A stretch of 64,000 nt of DNA from Gnetum montanum (lineage: Eukaryota; Plantae; Gnetophyta), in contig MNCI01003467.1 of assembly GCA_015680685.1 (NCBI GenBank), forward strand, positions 593,388 to 657,387, in the 5' to 3' direction. The notes below the pieces were generated by a model, which was not told the origin of the DNA, did no database searches, and saw only the letters and a list, made by a program, of their open reading frames with translations. The stretch's first letter is position 1, and each line of letters opens with the position of its first letter. Below are positions 50,581 through 64,000 of the stretch, piece after piece. The translations under genes and the position numbers were made by a program.

Positions 50581-52028
50581 TTGCAGTGCAACACCTCCCA
50601 GTTCACACATGTGACCTTGTGAACAAGAAAGTGTGCATATCTTCAAGCTTCCTAGGTAAGATGGGATGGGATGTTGCAGTTCCAGAATGAAGTTCACGTC
50701 ATCAATAAAAAAACCTCTAGGACACATGCAACATTGTTATTGCTGGCATCTTGATGATCTTTTGGAGATGCCATATGACATCTTGCTGACGTTCTAGAGC
50801 TATTGCCGCCATTGCCAATCAATTTGGTCATAGCTCCCATCATCAACACTCCCTACTGGAGTCCCAAAAGAACTATGGCATAGTCATAGTCTTGGCATCC
50901 TCTAGCCCTTGCCATTGCCAGACTCTAAAAAATCATTCAACTATTAGGCTTCTCACCTTACAACCAGATTTCATGACTTTTTCCTTTGATGGGGATTCTT
51001 GAGCACTTGCATCATCATTGCTTCTAGCCTCTTCAATGCTCATTTCTGGCAGGGCCATTGAAGCTTTCTGGCCTACCACTATTGAAGCTTGCACTGGCCT
51101 TTCTACTTTGGACATTGCACACATCAGACATAACACTTGCTACCTTGGTAGTGTCCTGAGAAAATAGGACTTTTCCCTCACTTCCCTTGTTGGTTATTTT
51201 TTCTGGTTTTCTCTTTGTTGTGTTTGTAGGATAAAAGCCAAGATGGAATTATTCAAGAATGCATTCCACCATGAGAACAAGACACTACATTATTTTGAAG
51301 TACCCGCTTCGATCAGCCTAGCTACTTGAGAGTGCATACCCTACTATCCCTTCAGCCAACCTAACCTTCCTTCCTTGTACTTACAATTTCTGACATTTTC
51401 CTCCCAAGCTTTTCCAATGTGCGTGAAACCCTTTCCCATTCTCAACCACCCTCATGATGAATGTAATGTAGCTTGTCATATGAGAAGCCTCTATAAACTA
51501 GTCAAAGCCCCACATTGATGTAACAAAAACTCATCTCGGGTAGGAAACACCTATTCTACAGTGATGACATAGTTGCCTTCGAATGAACATGGGTGTGTGA
51601 TTTCTCTCAGAAAAAAAAGATGAAAAATGACGATATAGCCAAGTGTCCAAGACAAATGGCATAGTTTCTTTGCAATTGTCTCAGCTTTGGATTGACCACC
51701 TCTAAGCACTCTGATGAGAGATCGAAATCCAAAGGGAGAAGCCACTCGTGTGTGCTGAATCCCTCATAAGCATTCCGATGAGGGATCATACTATGGCAAT
51801 GACTCTCATGATAACACATCTTGCACCTTTCCTTTTTCCTACCCCAATTTCCTCAAACCCATCCCCTTTCTCTATCATACTTAGCTTTCCTAGCACTCCC
51901 AAGCATAACAAAGCATCATCTAAGTGGGCACTGATGAACGATGTGGGTGTCGCGTTCAACATGGTGTTTAATTTTCTTTGTCGATGTCTTTTGGGTAGAT
52001 CCTCTAGACATCAACAAAGAGGGGCCAT

Positions 52029-54246
52029 TGAAACACCATCAAATTTGGAACTCTCATGATTCAGCAGAGTCCCAAAATTTGGGCAAGGATCTCTACAAGC
52101 ATGGTGTCACATTGGACCATGCAGACAATATGGCACCTTGGAAGTCTTGATTCCTGTGAAGCCGCTTCCAAGCCTGCCTACCACCCTCTACAACACAGTC
52201 AATGTAGCACCCAGTCATGAGGCCAGTTTGCACAAAAGTGGCACTTAGGATGGACTAAACAAATTGAAAAATTTTCTAACTATGAGGCCTACTACGCTAC
52301 GCTATACTGCACAGTGTAGCAGGCCATGTAGTGTTAAAACTATTGCAAGTGTTAGATCAAACGTAGAAGATGTAGTTGGTAGATATTCAATCCTCAAGGA
52401 TGCCAACCCCACTTCATCCTTGGAATATGATCAGCGTAGCATGGCAAAAATACAGCAAATGTCACAAAATTCATCCCATTTTGGGTGCTACTCTACATAG
52501 CATAGCACAACATAGTAGGATGCCAACCATAACACAATCTTCCTTGAAATTGTGTTGATAGAGAAAATGCACTTGATCATTCTTTGATCTTTAAGGATGC
52601 TTGCCTTGCTCTACCCTTGAAGTGTGATCAATGTGACATAAGAAAATTTTGCAAAAGCCACCCCAATCTGGGTGCTACGTTGTGCTATGTTACACAACGT
52701 AGCACATCATAGTAGGATGCCAACACTAAGAAAGTCTTCTCTGACATTGCTTTGATAAAAGAACTACATTTAGTCATGCTTCAACCTCCAGGACTACCTG
52801 TTTGACTCCACTTTCAGAGTCTGATTAAAGTTTGTTCACAAAGCATTGCAGATTAAGCTCAAATTCATGTCAGACTAGGTGTCACGCTATGCTATGTTGC
52901 ACAACGTAGCATAGCATAGCGGAGACATCGAGGTTAATAGTATCCTAGGGATGAAACTAGGAAGTCTCAGGCTCCTTTATCATGAAAAGTGTAATGGCTA
53001 GTTGCTGAAATAGCCTGCCTTGCTAGGCCTCAAGGGAGTATTTTTAGTTTTCAAGCAAGATTTTTCTTAAAGGTGGTTGCTACGCTATGTAGCATAGCAT
53101 AACATAGCAAGCGGGTATTCACACTACTCCACTACACTGAATAGTGTAAGTAGCGTAACACTTGAAAAGAGGTTGTAGGACATCTCCAAAGCTCTAGGAC
53201 TAATCATCGATGGTTATTTTTGCCCCAGCATCTCCTTGATAGCCAAGATCAACAATTTACCTTGCTTGTTACATCCCTTGTCGAGTCCCAAAATTTTCCC
53301 TTTGCTTGACCCTACTCGTAAGAGAGGGGAAGACATAGTCCCAAAGCATAAGCTTTACTTTACATTTGTCATAAGCATTTTTTGGAAAAATATGGTAGTC
53401 TCTTGGGTACATGTAGTTCAAAAGATATGGTTACAGCTTAGCAAGTTTCACTTCTAGCCTCATTCCATTCAGCGTAGCACATCAGTGTAGCATCACACAT
53501 CAGTGTGGCACATCCACATTTGTGCCCTGTGGGACCTAGGACATGTGATATTTGAGCCACATCTCTCTCCCACTTTTGGCTCTATAAATACCCTAGCAAA
53601 CAACATTCTAGGGGTTGGCTTTTGGCAATTGGCTTCTGACAGTAAGCTTTGACAAAGAGATTGGCAAACAGAAGGTGGATAAACAATAAATCCCAACAGT
53701 AGCACTTCCCGAATCTCTCTTCAACCCAATGTAGCAACTCTTAACCTAGTAAACACTGGCTCATTAGTTCCTATTAGCATCCCATTAGCAGAAATCTAGG
53801 AGTTATGACCATATCTTTCTATTGGCAGCTGTGCCTATCCAGTACTGCATATTATTTGTACATATTCATTAGTCAAACAAAGATTAGATCCCCCAATTTT
53901 GGGGTGGTGCATTCCCTCACCTAAACTCTCGTTCTATTTTTTCTATAGCATATATGTTGCATTCATGTGTATTTGTTCATGCTTATTATCCTAGTTACAT
54001 ACTTTGATACATTTCTATTGTTGTGAACCCCATGTTTTCTTCCATTCCAACCTCAGTGTATTACGTTTTAAAATTACTATTTTCATATGGTTATTATACA
54101 CCACGTAAGTCCTTGACTGATCGACTAGATCGTTCAGGGCACTCCATTTTCATTTTCTCTAGCATAGCCCTCACATGGATCTGGGGTTAGGCTATATGCC
54201 TAATAACCTCTCAGTGTTCTAGCCACTAATGTTTTTAGACATCAGA
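52029..54246 (+). repeat. 3' LTR of B2 (~2.2 kb), preceded by PPT 52016-52028
   Basis: AAAGAGGGGCCAT-TGAAACACC start; its end aligns to the B1 LTR end (27870). Confidence 0.88.
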
Positions 54247-56165
54247 AGGACCAGGTCTTCTTCCTTGATCTTTCACTTGCCAAGGTCCATGGTACACACT
54301 TCTTTATTTTGTTCATCGTTGATGAAGTCTGATAGGACTACTTGGAGTGATGGCACTTATAATTCAAGAGGCAAAATAACTTTAGAATCATAAACCAAGC
54401 TACACAGGGTTACTCCAATCATAGTTTGATATGTAGTCCAATAAGCTAAAAGTGCATGAACAAGTTGCTCATGCCACTTGCATTTGTTATTGTTCAACAT
54501 CTTCTTGAGCAAGTTGATGATGGCCTTATTGCTTGCTTTAGCCTATCCATTAGCTTGAGGGTAATAAGATTATGAGAAAGAATGCTTAATGTCTATGTCA
54601 TGGCAAAATTTTTTTGTTTCTTAGCTACTAAAATATGGTCCATTATTTGTAACTATGGTTATAGTGATGCCAAAATAGGCTACTATGTTATCTAGTATAA
54701 ATCTACAGACTTGTTTAGATGTTGTCCTTCTTAGGAAAATAGCTTCAACCACTTTGTAAAGTATTTAGTTGTAGTGATGATAAAGCTATGCCCTATGGAA
54801 CACTTAAGTGTTCTTTGTCCAATGATATCCAACCCCCACCATTGAAACAACCAAGTGAATTTAGTGGTGTGTAACTCATTTGGTGGTACATGTATAAGGT
54901 TACTATGTCATTGGCATGTCTCACAAGTTTTGACCTTTTGAAAATAGTCACTTTCCATATAGGGCTAGTAATAGCCTAACCATCTAATCTTATTGGCCAT
55001 GGCTCTAAGTCCTATATGTCCCCCACATACACCCTTGTGAACTTACTCTAGGACTATGTAGGCTTCGATTTTATCCAAGAATACTAATAATATGCCATCG
55101 TAGGACCATCAACATAATGTGTTATTGCCTACAATGACATACTATGTTGATTGTTTATGTACAACATCCTTTTGAGTAGTAGTTAGGCCTTATGAAGGTT
55201 CACCATGCATAAGCTAAAACTTGATATCATCATACCACTTCTTTGGGGAAGTAGTATGAACTACAACCACAAAGGCATCCTTAGTGCTTTGTGTGATGGG
55301 AATGGAATAGTCCATATTCAAGGTGGAAAACTTGCTAAACATATCTAACATAACATTGAGGGCTAGCATTACAATGGCATTAGATATAGTATTCTCAATT
55401 AGGAGTACATGTTGGGTGTCAATGTCTATAAATTATTGTAGTAGTTTCTTCCCTAGGTCATAGTAAGGTTGTAGATGTTTATCTTTACATGTATAAACCT
55501 TAGTTAATTGGTTAACCACAAGTTGTAAATCACCTTTGATCATCAAGCATTTTATTCCTTGGTCATGAGCTACCCTCATCCCCCTGATCAAACCCTCATA
55601 CTCCACTATGTTATTGGTACAGAAAAACTCAAAACGATAGGGGAAGAGTTGGATTTCACTAAATGGAAATGTTATGATGATAGCAACACTAGTCCCATGG
55701 GTAATTGGAGCTCCATCGAAGTCCGTGACTACCTGATAGCCCTTGGGCACTTGGATAACGGTGTTAACATTCTCATTGGGGGAATTCAGGGTCTATAGTT
55801 GCATGGACTTCTATTGGTGAAACAGTGAGTTGTAAAGCTATAACTTGATCTTTCATTGAGGCTTGACAAACATAATGAAGATAAAACTCCACTATTATGG
55901 CTTTCCAATGAGCTATTTAGCTACTCTCATAGATGTTTTTTGTTATGGCTACAAGTACATTATCTTTGCAGATGACATTGATTTGGCTTCTAAAGAGGTA
56001 GTGTCTTTACTTCTTTAATGAGAAAACTAGGGCTAGAAAATACTTCTTCATTTCTATGTATCATGTCTCATTGGTAACTAATGAATGGCTAAGGTTGCAA
56101 ATTGGTAACTCTACTCCATCATCTCATTTTTGAAAGGGTAGAAAGGCAATAAACATGTCGAAGAT
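54247..56165 (-). pseudogene. pol: Element C pol fragment: RH - aRH - INT
   Basis: FDGA..CTNNIVEYEGL..KGDLQLVVNQL (55433-55750); HKGVCGGH, GYY, WGLDIIG and YFTK-like INT motifs; truncated at ~56165. Confidence 0.88.
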
Positions 56166-56169
56166 AGTA

Positions 56170-59100
56170 AGAGTGATCAAAGCCTCATCCTTGAAGTGAA
56201 AAAAGTCATATAATGCCTATATTTGGGCTTGGGAGGGTTAGAAATGCCTTTTGGAATGCCAAACTTGGCATTTTGATGGGTTTTATAAGATGTATAACAT
56301 TTTCCATGCTGGAGATACCCATTGGGGGGTACAGCTCATCTATCAAGGGTATAGCTCACCTATTGGGGGTATAACTCATCTACCAAGAGTATAACTCCTA
56401 GTGTTGGAGGGTAAGACATCAACTATGCTCTAGTGTGGATGCCATCCCCCCAATGTGAATGTCATCCCTCCAGTGTGGGTGCCATCCCTCTAGCATGGAT
56501 GTCATCCCCCTAGCATGGGTGCCATCCCTCCAACGTGGGTGCCATCCCCTGAACATGGATGCCATCCCCCCAATGTGGATGTTGTACCCCCAACATTGCT
56601 GTTGTACCCCCATTACTATTTTTGGTAAACTAAATGACTTTGAGGCTATGTAGATATAACACTTACCATACATAGTAACCCGAATAAATCTGTACACTTA
56701 CAACACCTACACATAACATTAATTTGTTAGCAATCAACATGGGAATTTGTAATAAAATTATAGCCATAAAACCTATATAACCCAAGCTTGTACTCCATGA
56801 GAAGGTTCCACTCCTTGGGTATTCAAGAGCTTTGAGAATTCATTGTAGACACAAAGCTTTTGAAAACAAATTTTAGCATGGAACCCATAATCATTGTAGC
56901 CATTTTTACCCCCCTAAGAGTGTGTATGGTCTTGTACTAATGCTGAGCAACCTAGGCATTAAGACTCCCAGTGTTGCTCTTCTTGGTAGCTCAAAACCTA
57001 GACATATCTCACCCCCTACACCACCAATGTTGCAGATTTGGTGAAATTTGCAACAAGGTTTCACATTTTTGGATGTTGTGGAGTAGCCAGATTTTGGAGT
57101 TGTGGATTTTAAGCATCCATCAAAGTGAATCCCCTACTACCATGAGCACATCCTATACACATTTCTTGAATTCATTCTTTATTTTTATAATAAAGTTTAA
57201 TGTTCAATTTTTTTGTGCAAGTTGAATTTTTTTTTGTATTTCTGTGCATTGAATTTCTTAGATCTACATTGTATTTTCATTTTTTCTACCCCTGTTTACA
57301 TCTTCCAAGTCCCTAGGTGGTTTACCAAACTATCTAGGATACCTTAGATCCTATTTTTTGGAGGCCCTTGGAATCCAAGGTTAAAGTTGCTTCACTAGAA
57401 TTTTTAGTCTTCCAACAACCAAATTTTTCAGTTGCAATAGTTTTCTGGTGCTAGAATAAGAGCCTTCATCAAAGATCTTTGATTAATTTAATCTATCATT
57501 TTTCTACCTTGTGTTTATACCAGACCCCTAGCTTGGTTGTTTGGGGTTTGAGAAAACTCATAGTTGTTTCTGGATTTTCTAAAGCTAGCATGGGTATCAT
57601 ACCCTCCTGGCTAGTGTGGATGTTTAGGTTTTGGCAGAAAGCTCATAGAAGTTGCTGGAAATTTTCCAACAAGACTAACATTGGTATTCCAACCACAACC
57701 TTACCCCCTCTACTATGAAAAATTTCATAAGGCCAATGTTGACACCCTACCAAAATCAAAATAAAATCTTTGGCAAACAAACTAGATTTTCACTTTAATT
57801 CTTGGCAAAAACTTTAAAACTTGCTAAAAGAGTAACCCCCAACACTATGTAAGAGGGTGTAAGATTTTTAATATTATCCCCCTTGCTCCCCCCTCTTGAC
57901 CTTCAGCATGGTTGTTACACCCTCTAGCATGGGTGTTACCCTAGCATGGATGTTTGGGTTTTGTCAAAAAATTCACAATAATTACTAGAATTTCTAAAGC
58001 CAACATGGATGTGTGCTATATCCCCTTTATCATGGGTGTAATACCCCTAGACCATCCAAATCCCTTGTTATAAATTTTTTTCCAAAAAGGTCAACATTGC
58101 TAATTTTTTTTATAAAAATACCTCACCTTTGGAAAAATCAAAGTTTCCACTTTGGTTTTTTAGCCAAAGAAAAACCTGCCACAAGTAAACCAACATCCCC
58201 CCACCCTCCCCCACACACCAATGTTGTGAAGAAAAGTTAAGATTTTATATCTTATCCCCTTTCTTTTTCGTTTTTCCTCCCAACATTGGTGTGGCTAGCT
58301 AGATTTTATATCGATGCTAACCTTTTGTCATTTTGGGTAAAGAGCTATTCACCCCTTGACCTCTCACTTACTGTTTATAGCCAAAAAACCTTTTTCAGTC
58401 ATTTTTTACTCCTTTTAGCATTTTAATAATTCCACTTGTTGGAATTTATTTTTCCTTTGCTAACTTAGCCTTCATCAAGCTTTTTTCTTCCAACACCTTC
58501 TCACCATGTGTTTCAATTGATTAATTGTACTACCTCTTAACCTAACAAACATGGTGTCTAGCCAAGATGTATTTTGTGTTTATGACCTAAAAGACCTAGT
58601 GGTCATAGAACAAAGGCAATTGCTTATGCAAAAAGGCACAAAACCTGGATTTGCAGTTATTAATGAGAGTTTCTATAACTTCCTATGGGCTAAGATACAA
58701 GCTAGTATATTGATATCATGCTTTGAATCCAATGTTAAGCATCAATTCAAAATCATACACCAAGATGGAAAATAATACATTCCATCCTCTTATGACCAAA
58801 TCCCCCTCATAGACTTTGATGCACAAATAGAAGCTGAATAGGATTAGCAAGAGAAGAAAAATGAGTTTAAGGATGAACAAAAGTTGAACACCTTCATTCA
58901 AAGTCTTTTCAATCCTTTGGCTTCCCAAACAACCACATGCAACACCACATCTCTTACCTCATCGATAGGACAAGTCCCTTAGCCCAACTATCCTCCTATC
59001 TATCCTACCATGTTTAGGTCCACACCCATCATTGCCACACACCAGAAATAACTCATGTCACAATCAATCTCCATATTCTCATTGATATCCTTTGATACAT

Positions 59101-62100
59101 AACCTTACTTTTTTCACACAACCATGGTGATGTCTACCTCATCATCTCCCTTTGACATACTGGTGGGATCCTCATTGGGATCCCAGGTAACACAAGCATC
59201 TCATACCCCATTTATCCCCTTTGTTCCTTAAGTTCAAACACAAACATCTTTCTTCTTATTTAGATCGCCTATGACTACCATAACCTAGCCTCTCCCTTCG
59301 ATCGGTAACCTATTGCGAGGCTCCAAGTCTCACAACTCCTTGCTTAACCATCAATACAAGCACCACAGCCTACAGGGATGCCCTAGGCTTGGATCAATCC
59401 TTCCAAATGATCCAACTCCTTACCGAAGTGTTGTGAAAACTCAAGGCCAATACAACTTAGATGGTCAAGGTTCTAGATTTCTACTAGGATGATCCTATAA
59501 GCCCTATGGTGCCTCAAATAACCTTGCCCACAACCTTTTCTATTCCAAACTTCACCAAGTACAATGGTGAAGAGGATCCCAACACACATCTAGTAACCTT
59601 TCAATCTAAGTGCCTATTTTGGCAAGCTTGCCCTCATATGATATTAAGAATTTTTGCAATGTCCCTTAAGGATAAAGCTCTAGATTGGCATTGAACCTTG
59701 CCTAGAGGTTTCATCTCTTTCATTGAAAACTTGATTAGCCAATTTGCCAACTACTTTAGATACAACTTGAAGTTGAATAAAACATTGAATCAATTGATGA
59801 AGGTGAGGTAGGGGTCATTTGAACCAATCAAAAGGTTCATTCAAAGGTGGAACTCAACACTTAATGAGATTCTAGAGCCTATTGTTGAAACTCACCTCTT
59901 GGCCATTTACAAGGGGGTAATGAATGACTTTATCAAGTCAAGGCTATACTACCTAGAGTCCCAACCACTGTGCTAAGCCTTCTTACAAACTAAGAACATT
60001 GAGGAGGCAACTAAGGCAAGCAACAATCTGACCTATGTGGCCTATAAAAACCAACATGCAAGAAGGAATAGGGATAAAACTAAGAAAGAACATACAACTG
60101 TGGCTACAGTAACAAAAGACTCAAAACAAGGAGAATGTAGGAGATCACCACCACACAACACATTCATTGACTCATGATAACCATTCACTTCCTATGTCCC
60201 AAATCAACCAAGAGTAAACATTGGATGGAAGGATAGGTCTAAGTATGTAAGGTTGCCTTTAAAGCCCTCTGAGCTCTTAGAATAGTTTCTTAAAGACAAC
60301 AATATACAAGATAAGCAATTGTCTAAAAGAGATCAACAATAGCTACCAAAGAAGATCTAAAGCTACTAAAGTTCTTTAGACTGAATATATATTGCCATTA
60401 TCATCAAATGGCTGGTCATGACACCAATTTTACTTAGCATTAAATGATGATCTCTAGAAGATGATAGAACACAGAGAGTTGGTGTTAATTGAGCCCAACT
60501 CTCCAAGAGTCAACAAAAATTCCTATACTATAGCCTCATTCCTAGAAACCAAATGGTCTAATCCTCCTAGAGAACCTTTTATCATTGGAGTACCACTATA
60601 GCCCCAAAATACAAACCCTAGAGAGCCATTCATCCTATGGATATCATTGCCTCTAGCCCCTAAGAAGCCCTTCATCATATGTGGTCCTCCTTCAATGGGT
60701 TCAACATCACAACATAATCAATGAGTTGCTAATCCTCTAAAGCCTAGGGAACCATTTGTTATCTAGGTTCCTTCACCTTCAATAAGTAAGATTGCAACAA
60801 CCCATGATCAAAGCCCATCTATAGTGGCCAACAACTTAATGATTAGAAAGAAACCATCACCACAATGGTGACAAAAATAACCTTTCACTGAACCAACAAC
60901 AAAGCTCACTGAAGGTGGCCGACAACAAAAGGCTTCAAACCAAGCTATACTGAGATCAACTACACCCATGAACAAGGGGTCCAAGGCACATGCACTAAAA
61001 CCCAAACCACAAACTCTAGGAAGGATGGAGGAATTTAAGGCCACTTAAGCCAAAAGGTTACACACCAAGGGAAAGAGCTTCCTTGCAACCCTAGACCAAG
61101 CCAAACAATCCCTTAAGCAAAAGAACACATCACCAAGCTTGTACGACCTAGTCATGACTCCTCCTACTCACAGAGATGTACTAGCTCAATTGTTAACTTC
61201 TATTCCTATGAACATAGACATGCCCATCAATAGAGAGTCGATTCATTCTATCATTGAGCAAGATTCACTTAGGGAAAATGGGCATCAAGCCATGCTCAAC
61301 TTTCATGATAGTGAAGTAAAAATCAACTCTCAAAATGAAGAAGTACTATTCATTCCTCTCCTTATCACCATACATGTTGGTAGATACAAGGTCCATTGTG
61401 TTCATGTAGATGATGGGGTAGCAACTAACATGATACCATATTTCATTGTTGACAAACTAGGCCTAACCGAGAACATCCAAGAAACCACCACCTTAGTACT
61501 CATGTCATTTAATGGCTCACAAGTATTAGTCTAAGGTTTATTCACTTTGGATATTGTAGCCAGTGAGCAATTCCCTACATCCACTAAGTTCCTAGTAGTC
61601 AAAGAGACACCCAATTTCAACTTGATTCAAGGAAGACCATGGTAGAGAAGCTTCAAGAAGTTCCAACTCCTATACATCAACAAATTCACTTATCATATAA
61701 GGATGGGAAAATTTTGATTCATGGGAATAATGTGTCACTACCCTTAATTAATTATGTTAACATTGAATAAGGTTTAGAGGTGGATTTTCAAGAGGAAACT
61801 TCCAATACTCAGACTGCGGCCAATGCCAAGAGTAAAACCAACAACAATAATAATGATGAGGCTAAAGTCACCAGACCTATGAAATTAAGCAATCAATGAA
61901 AGTGCCTATCACTTGCCACTACAAACAAGCAACATGATGAGAGTGAGATCATGCAAAGCAAACCCTTTAGTTTATACATGGTCAAGCAACAAATGCTTTG
62001 TAGATATGTTATCCCTTTGGTTGCTAATGAAAGCTTATTTACCTTCATAACCATATACCATGTTTCATCATTTATGTTATGCTTATATGCCCTTTCAACA

Positions 62101-64000
62101 CTAGCTCATACTTGCTAGGTAGGCATGACCTCATAGCCTGCTAAGGTCGAAAACTAGCACTATGACCTACTAAGGCCTAAAATTGGTTAGCATAACAAAC
62201 TCTTCTTTTTATCCCTACCAACATCATAGTGAATCTACCCAATAGCATTGTATTAGAGTTCACTTATATGTGTATACCTTAGTTCACAACTATCATTGTG
62301 ACACACTTTTATCTACCAATTTTAGTTTATGGCCTTATTACATTTACCATCTATGTTTATATGAAGGATATAAACCATAAAAATATAAAACTAACATGTA
62401 GTCGTAGTCACACTATGTGACAATAATCAAAAAATACCAAAATGTCCATATGTCTATGGCCATAGTTGCACTATGTAACTTACAACAACTAGAACATTAC
62501 TAAGTCATAAGAGGAAGAGTAGGCTCATCAAGTACGTCATCACCAACTGCATCAATATCATAACATGAATCCTATAAACAATAAAAAACTAGGTAAATTG
62601 AGTAAACATTAGTAACAATTATAGCCATAGCACATGACCATTAAAACCATTTAAAAAACCACAAGGAAGTAATCAGATAAAGAGCACAGAAAGTTAGATT
62701 AATATAATACTCTTACTATGATCATAAGGATCATAAATAGAAATAACAACTAAAAGAAGTATTTGGTATTCATTGGAGATGTTATAATAAAGTATCAACA
62801 ACCAATAAAAACAAAACTTAACATAAGAGAACATTAGCCATCAAAATAAAACCATAGGTCATATTTTTTCTAAGGCAACAAGTCAATATAACAAAACTTT
62901 TGTACCATTGATGATTGAAAGATAAATAACAAAGACATTTCTCAATGACAAGAATAATTAAAAAAGCTAAGAGAAACTCCTTACATTGCCTCCTTAGCTA
63001 AAACCTTAATATATTGCCATGAAAAACATGTTATTCATTGAGGTATACATACATACATAAAGCCATAAAATTTGATGCCGGGCTATGAAAGTGAACTAAC
63101 AATGGCAAAGTTTGGATGGAAAATTCATTCTTCCATTTTGATTAAGTGTTTTTACTTTCTATGCTTGAAAATTGATGCTACACATGTACATATGTAGCTG
63201 AGCAAATACATGCATACAAATCTTTGCAAAATAATACTATTTTTAAACCTATTTTATTTTCTTAAGCATGCACATGTAACTAGCTATGATGTTGGAAAAC
63301 TAAGGTTTGTAAATGCTATAACTACCTATAAACAAAACCATTAAATTTCTAGAGCAACAATCGCAAAAACATCTCCCCCACTCCAACAACAACAATGACC
63401 ACAAAGTTTAAATTGAAATTAAGAATCAAATAGAATCCATTGAATCAACATTGTCCCATGTAGATTAGCTTCATAGTCTTATAGAATCATTGTTAACACT
63501 TACAAATTTATTCATTGTGCTAGGATTGAAAAAAATGGTTTATCTAAAATGTCAGGCTTAGATTTAATATAGAATAGGGTTGATATAAAAGGGTTGGAAG
63601 CTAATGCAAAATAGCCATTTGGGGATAAACAAAGAACTTTTGTATGGTTAACTATGATATTATCTTTAATATAAAAAATAAAAAATAACCAATACCCCCT
63701 CAATCACGTTGGAGTAGTGCTATCCAGCATGGCTTGGGGGGAAGGGATGGTTTACAACCTTACCCCCCTCTCACCCATGTTGGTTAGCATGGATCTAGCA
63801 TGGGTGTTGTTAGAATAACCCTAAACAAATACCATCCATCAACTACCTCACACACAGTGTCATCCTAACCTTGTGTAGCTCCTTGCCTACCTACCTTTTT
63901 CACACAACCATATAGAATGCCTCACTTGCCTACCGTCCTACACCTAGGCTCTGTAATTGGTCACCATATTTCTTACCACCACTCATACTTGCTATTTCTA
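56170..64000 (+). mobile_element. Tat element 'D': 5' LTR (5'-truncated, ~56170-57439), degenerate PBS 57446-57462, gag-protease ~58550-61750, then spacer
   Basis: TGGTGCTAGAATAAGAG after GTTTTC; KYNGEEDPNTHL..FAMSLKDKALDW; CHYHQMAGH; VHVDDGVATNMIP; AAAACTAGCAC motif at ~62151. The extent beyond ~62200 is assumed. Confidence 0.8.
56319..56600 (+). repeat. 20-bp minisatellites inside LTR D
   Basis: About 4 copies of gggtatagctca.. and about 8 copies of ggatgccatccc(c/t)c.a.cgt. Confidence 0.85.

Larger units (their letters stand above)
34302..54246 (+). mobile_element. Tat-superclade LTR retrotransposon 'B2', TSD AGGAC, nested in the integrase of C
   Basis: LTRs 34302-36050 (3'-truncated) and 52029-54246; AGGAC at 34297-34301 and 54247-54251; gag-PR, antisense gene and RT-RH-aRH-INT. 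Confidence 0.9.

Noticed and set aside
51686-51733. Hammerhead-like core TTTGGATT..CTGATGA-GAGATC-GAAATCCAAA (retrozyme candidate)
   Set aside because: Stem III pairs, but stem I does not and stem II is minimal. Homologous blocks read CCGATGA/CCGACGA, so the CTGATGA looks like CpG-context decay. An Infernal search of the consensus would settle it.

Overview
Eukaryotic land-plant heterochromatin-type window, about 90% decayed Ty3/gypsy LTR retrotransposons, with three N gaps (937-1101, 2751-3707, 46338-46382). I see no intact host gene. From left to right: (1) a partial Athila-like element with gag and protease but no visible RT/INT, plus its LTR (1-5179); (2) a truncated UDP-glycosyltransferase pseudogene (+) and an intron-containing RNase H2 subunit A pseudogene (-); (3) a near-full-length Tat-superclade element A (-, 10362-26458, TSD AGCAT); (4) a fragment B1 of a second Tat family; (5) an old Tat element C (-) whose integrase is split by Tat element B2 (+, 34302-54246, TSD AGGAC), and B2 itself carries a further LTR next to a gap; (6) Tat element D (+, from about 56170). 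The most unusual feature is shared by the diverged elements A and B2. Gag-protease and RT-RH-aRH-INT are separated by 3.5-5.7 kb. That spacer holds a multi-exon ANTISENSE gene with conserved intron positions, an N-terminal region resembling a plant mobile domain (PMD) and an acidic/coiled-coil C-terminus. Pol begins at its own positionally conserved ATG, head-to-head with that gene. Arrays of a short motif (TAAACTRGCA) sit at three equivalent non-coding positions in each element. My hypothesis is an element-encoded trans factor plus cis-array (VANC-like anti-silencing or regulatory) system in a Tat lineage. All alignments were made by eye, so identities and boundaries are approximate.
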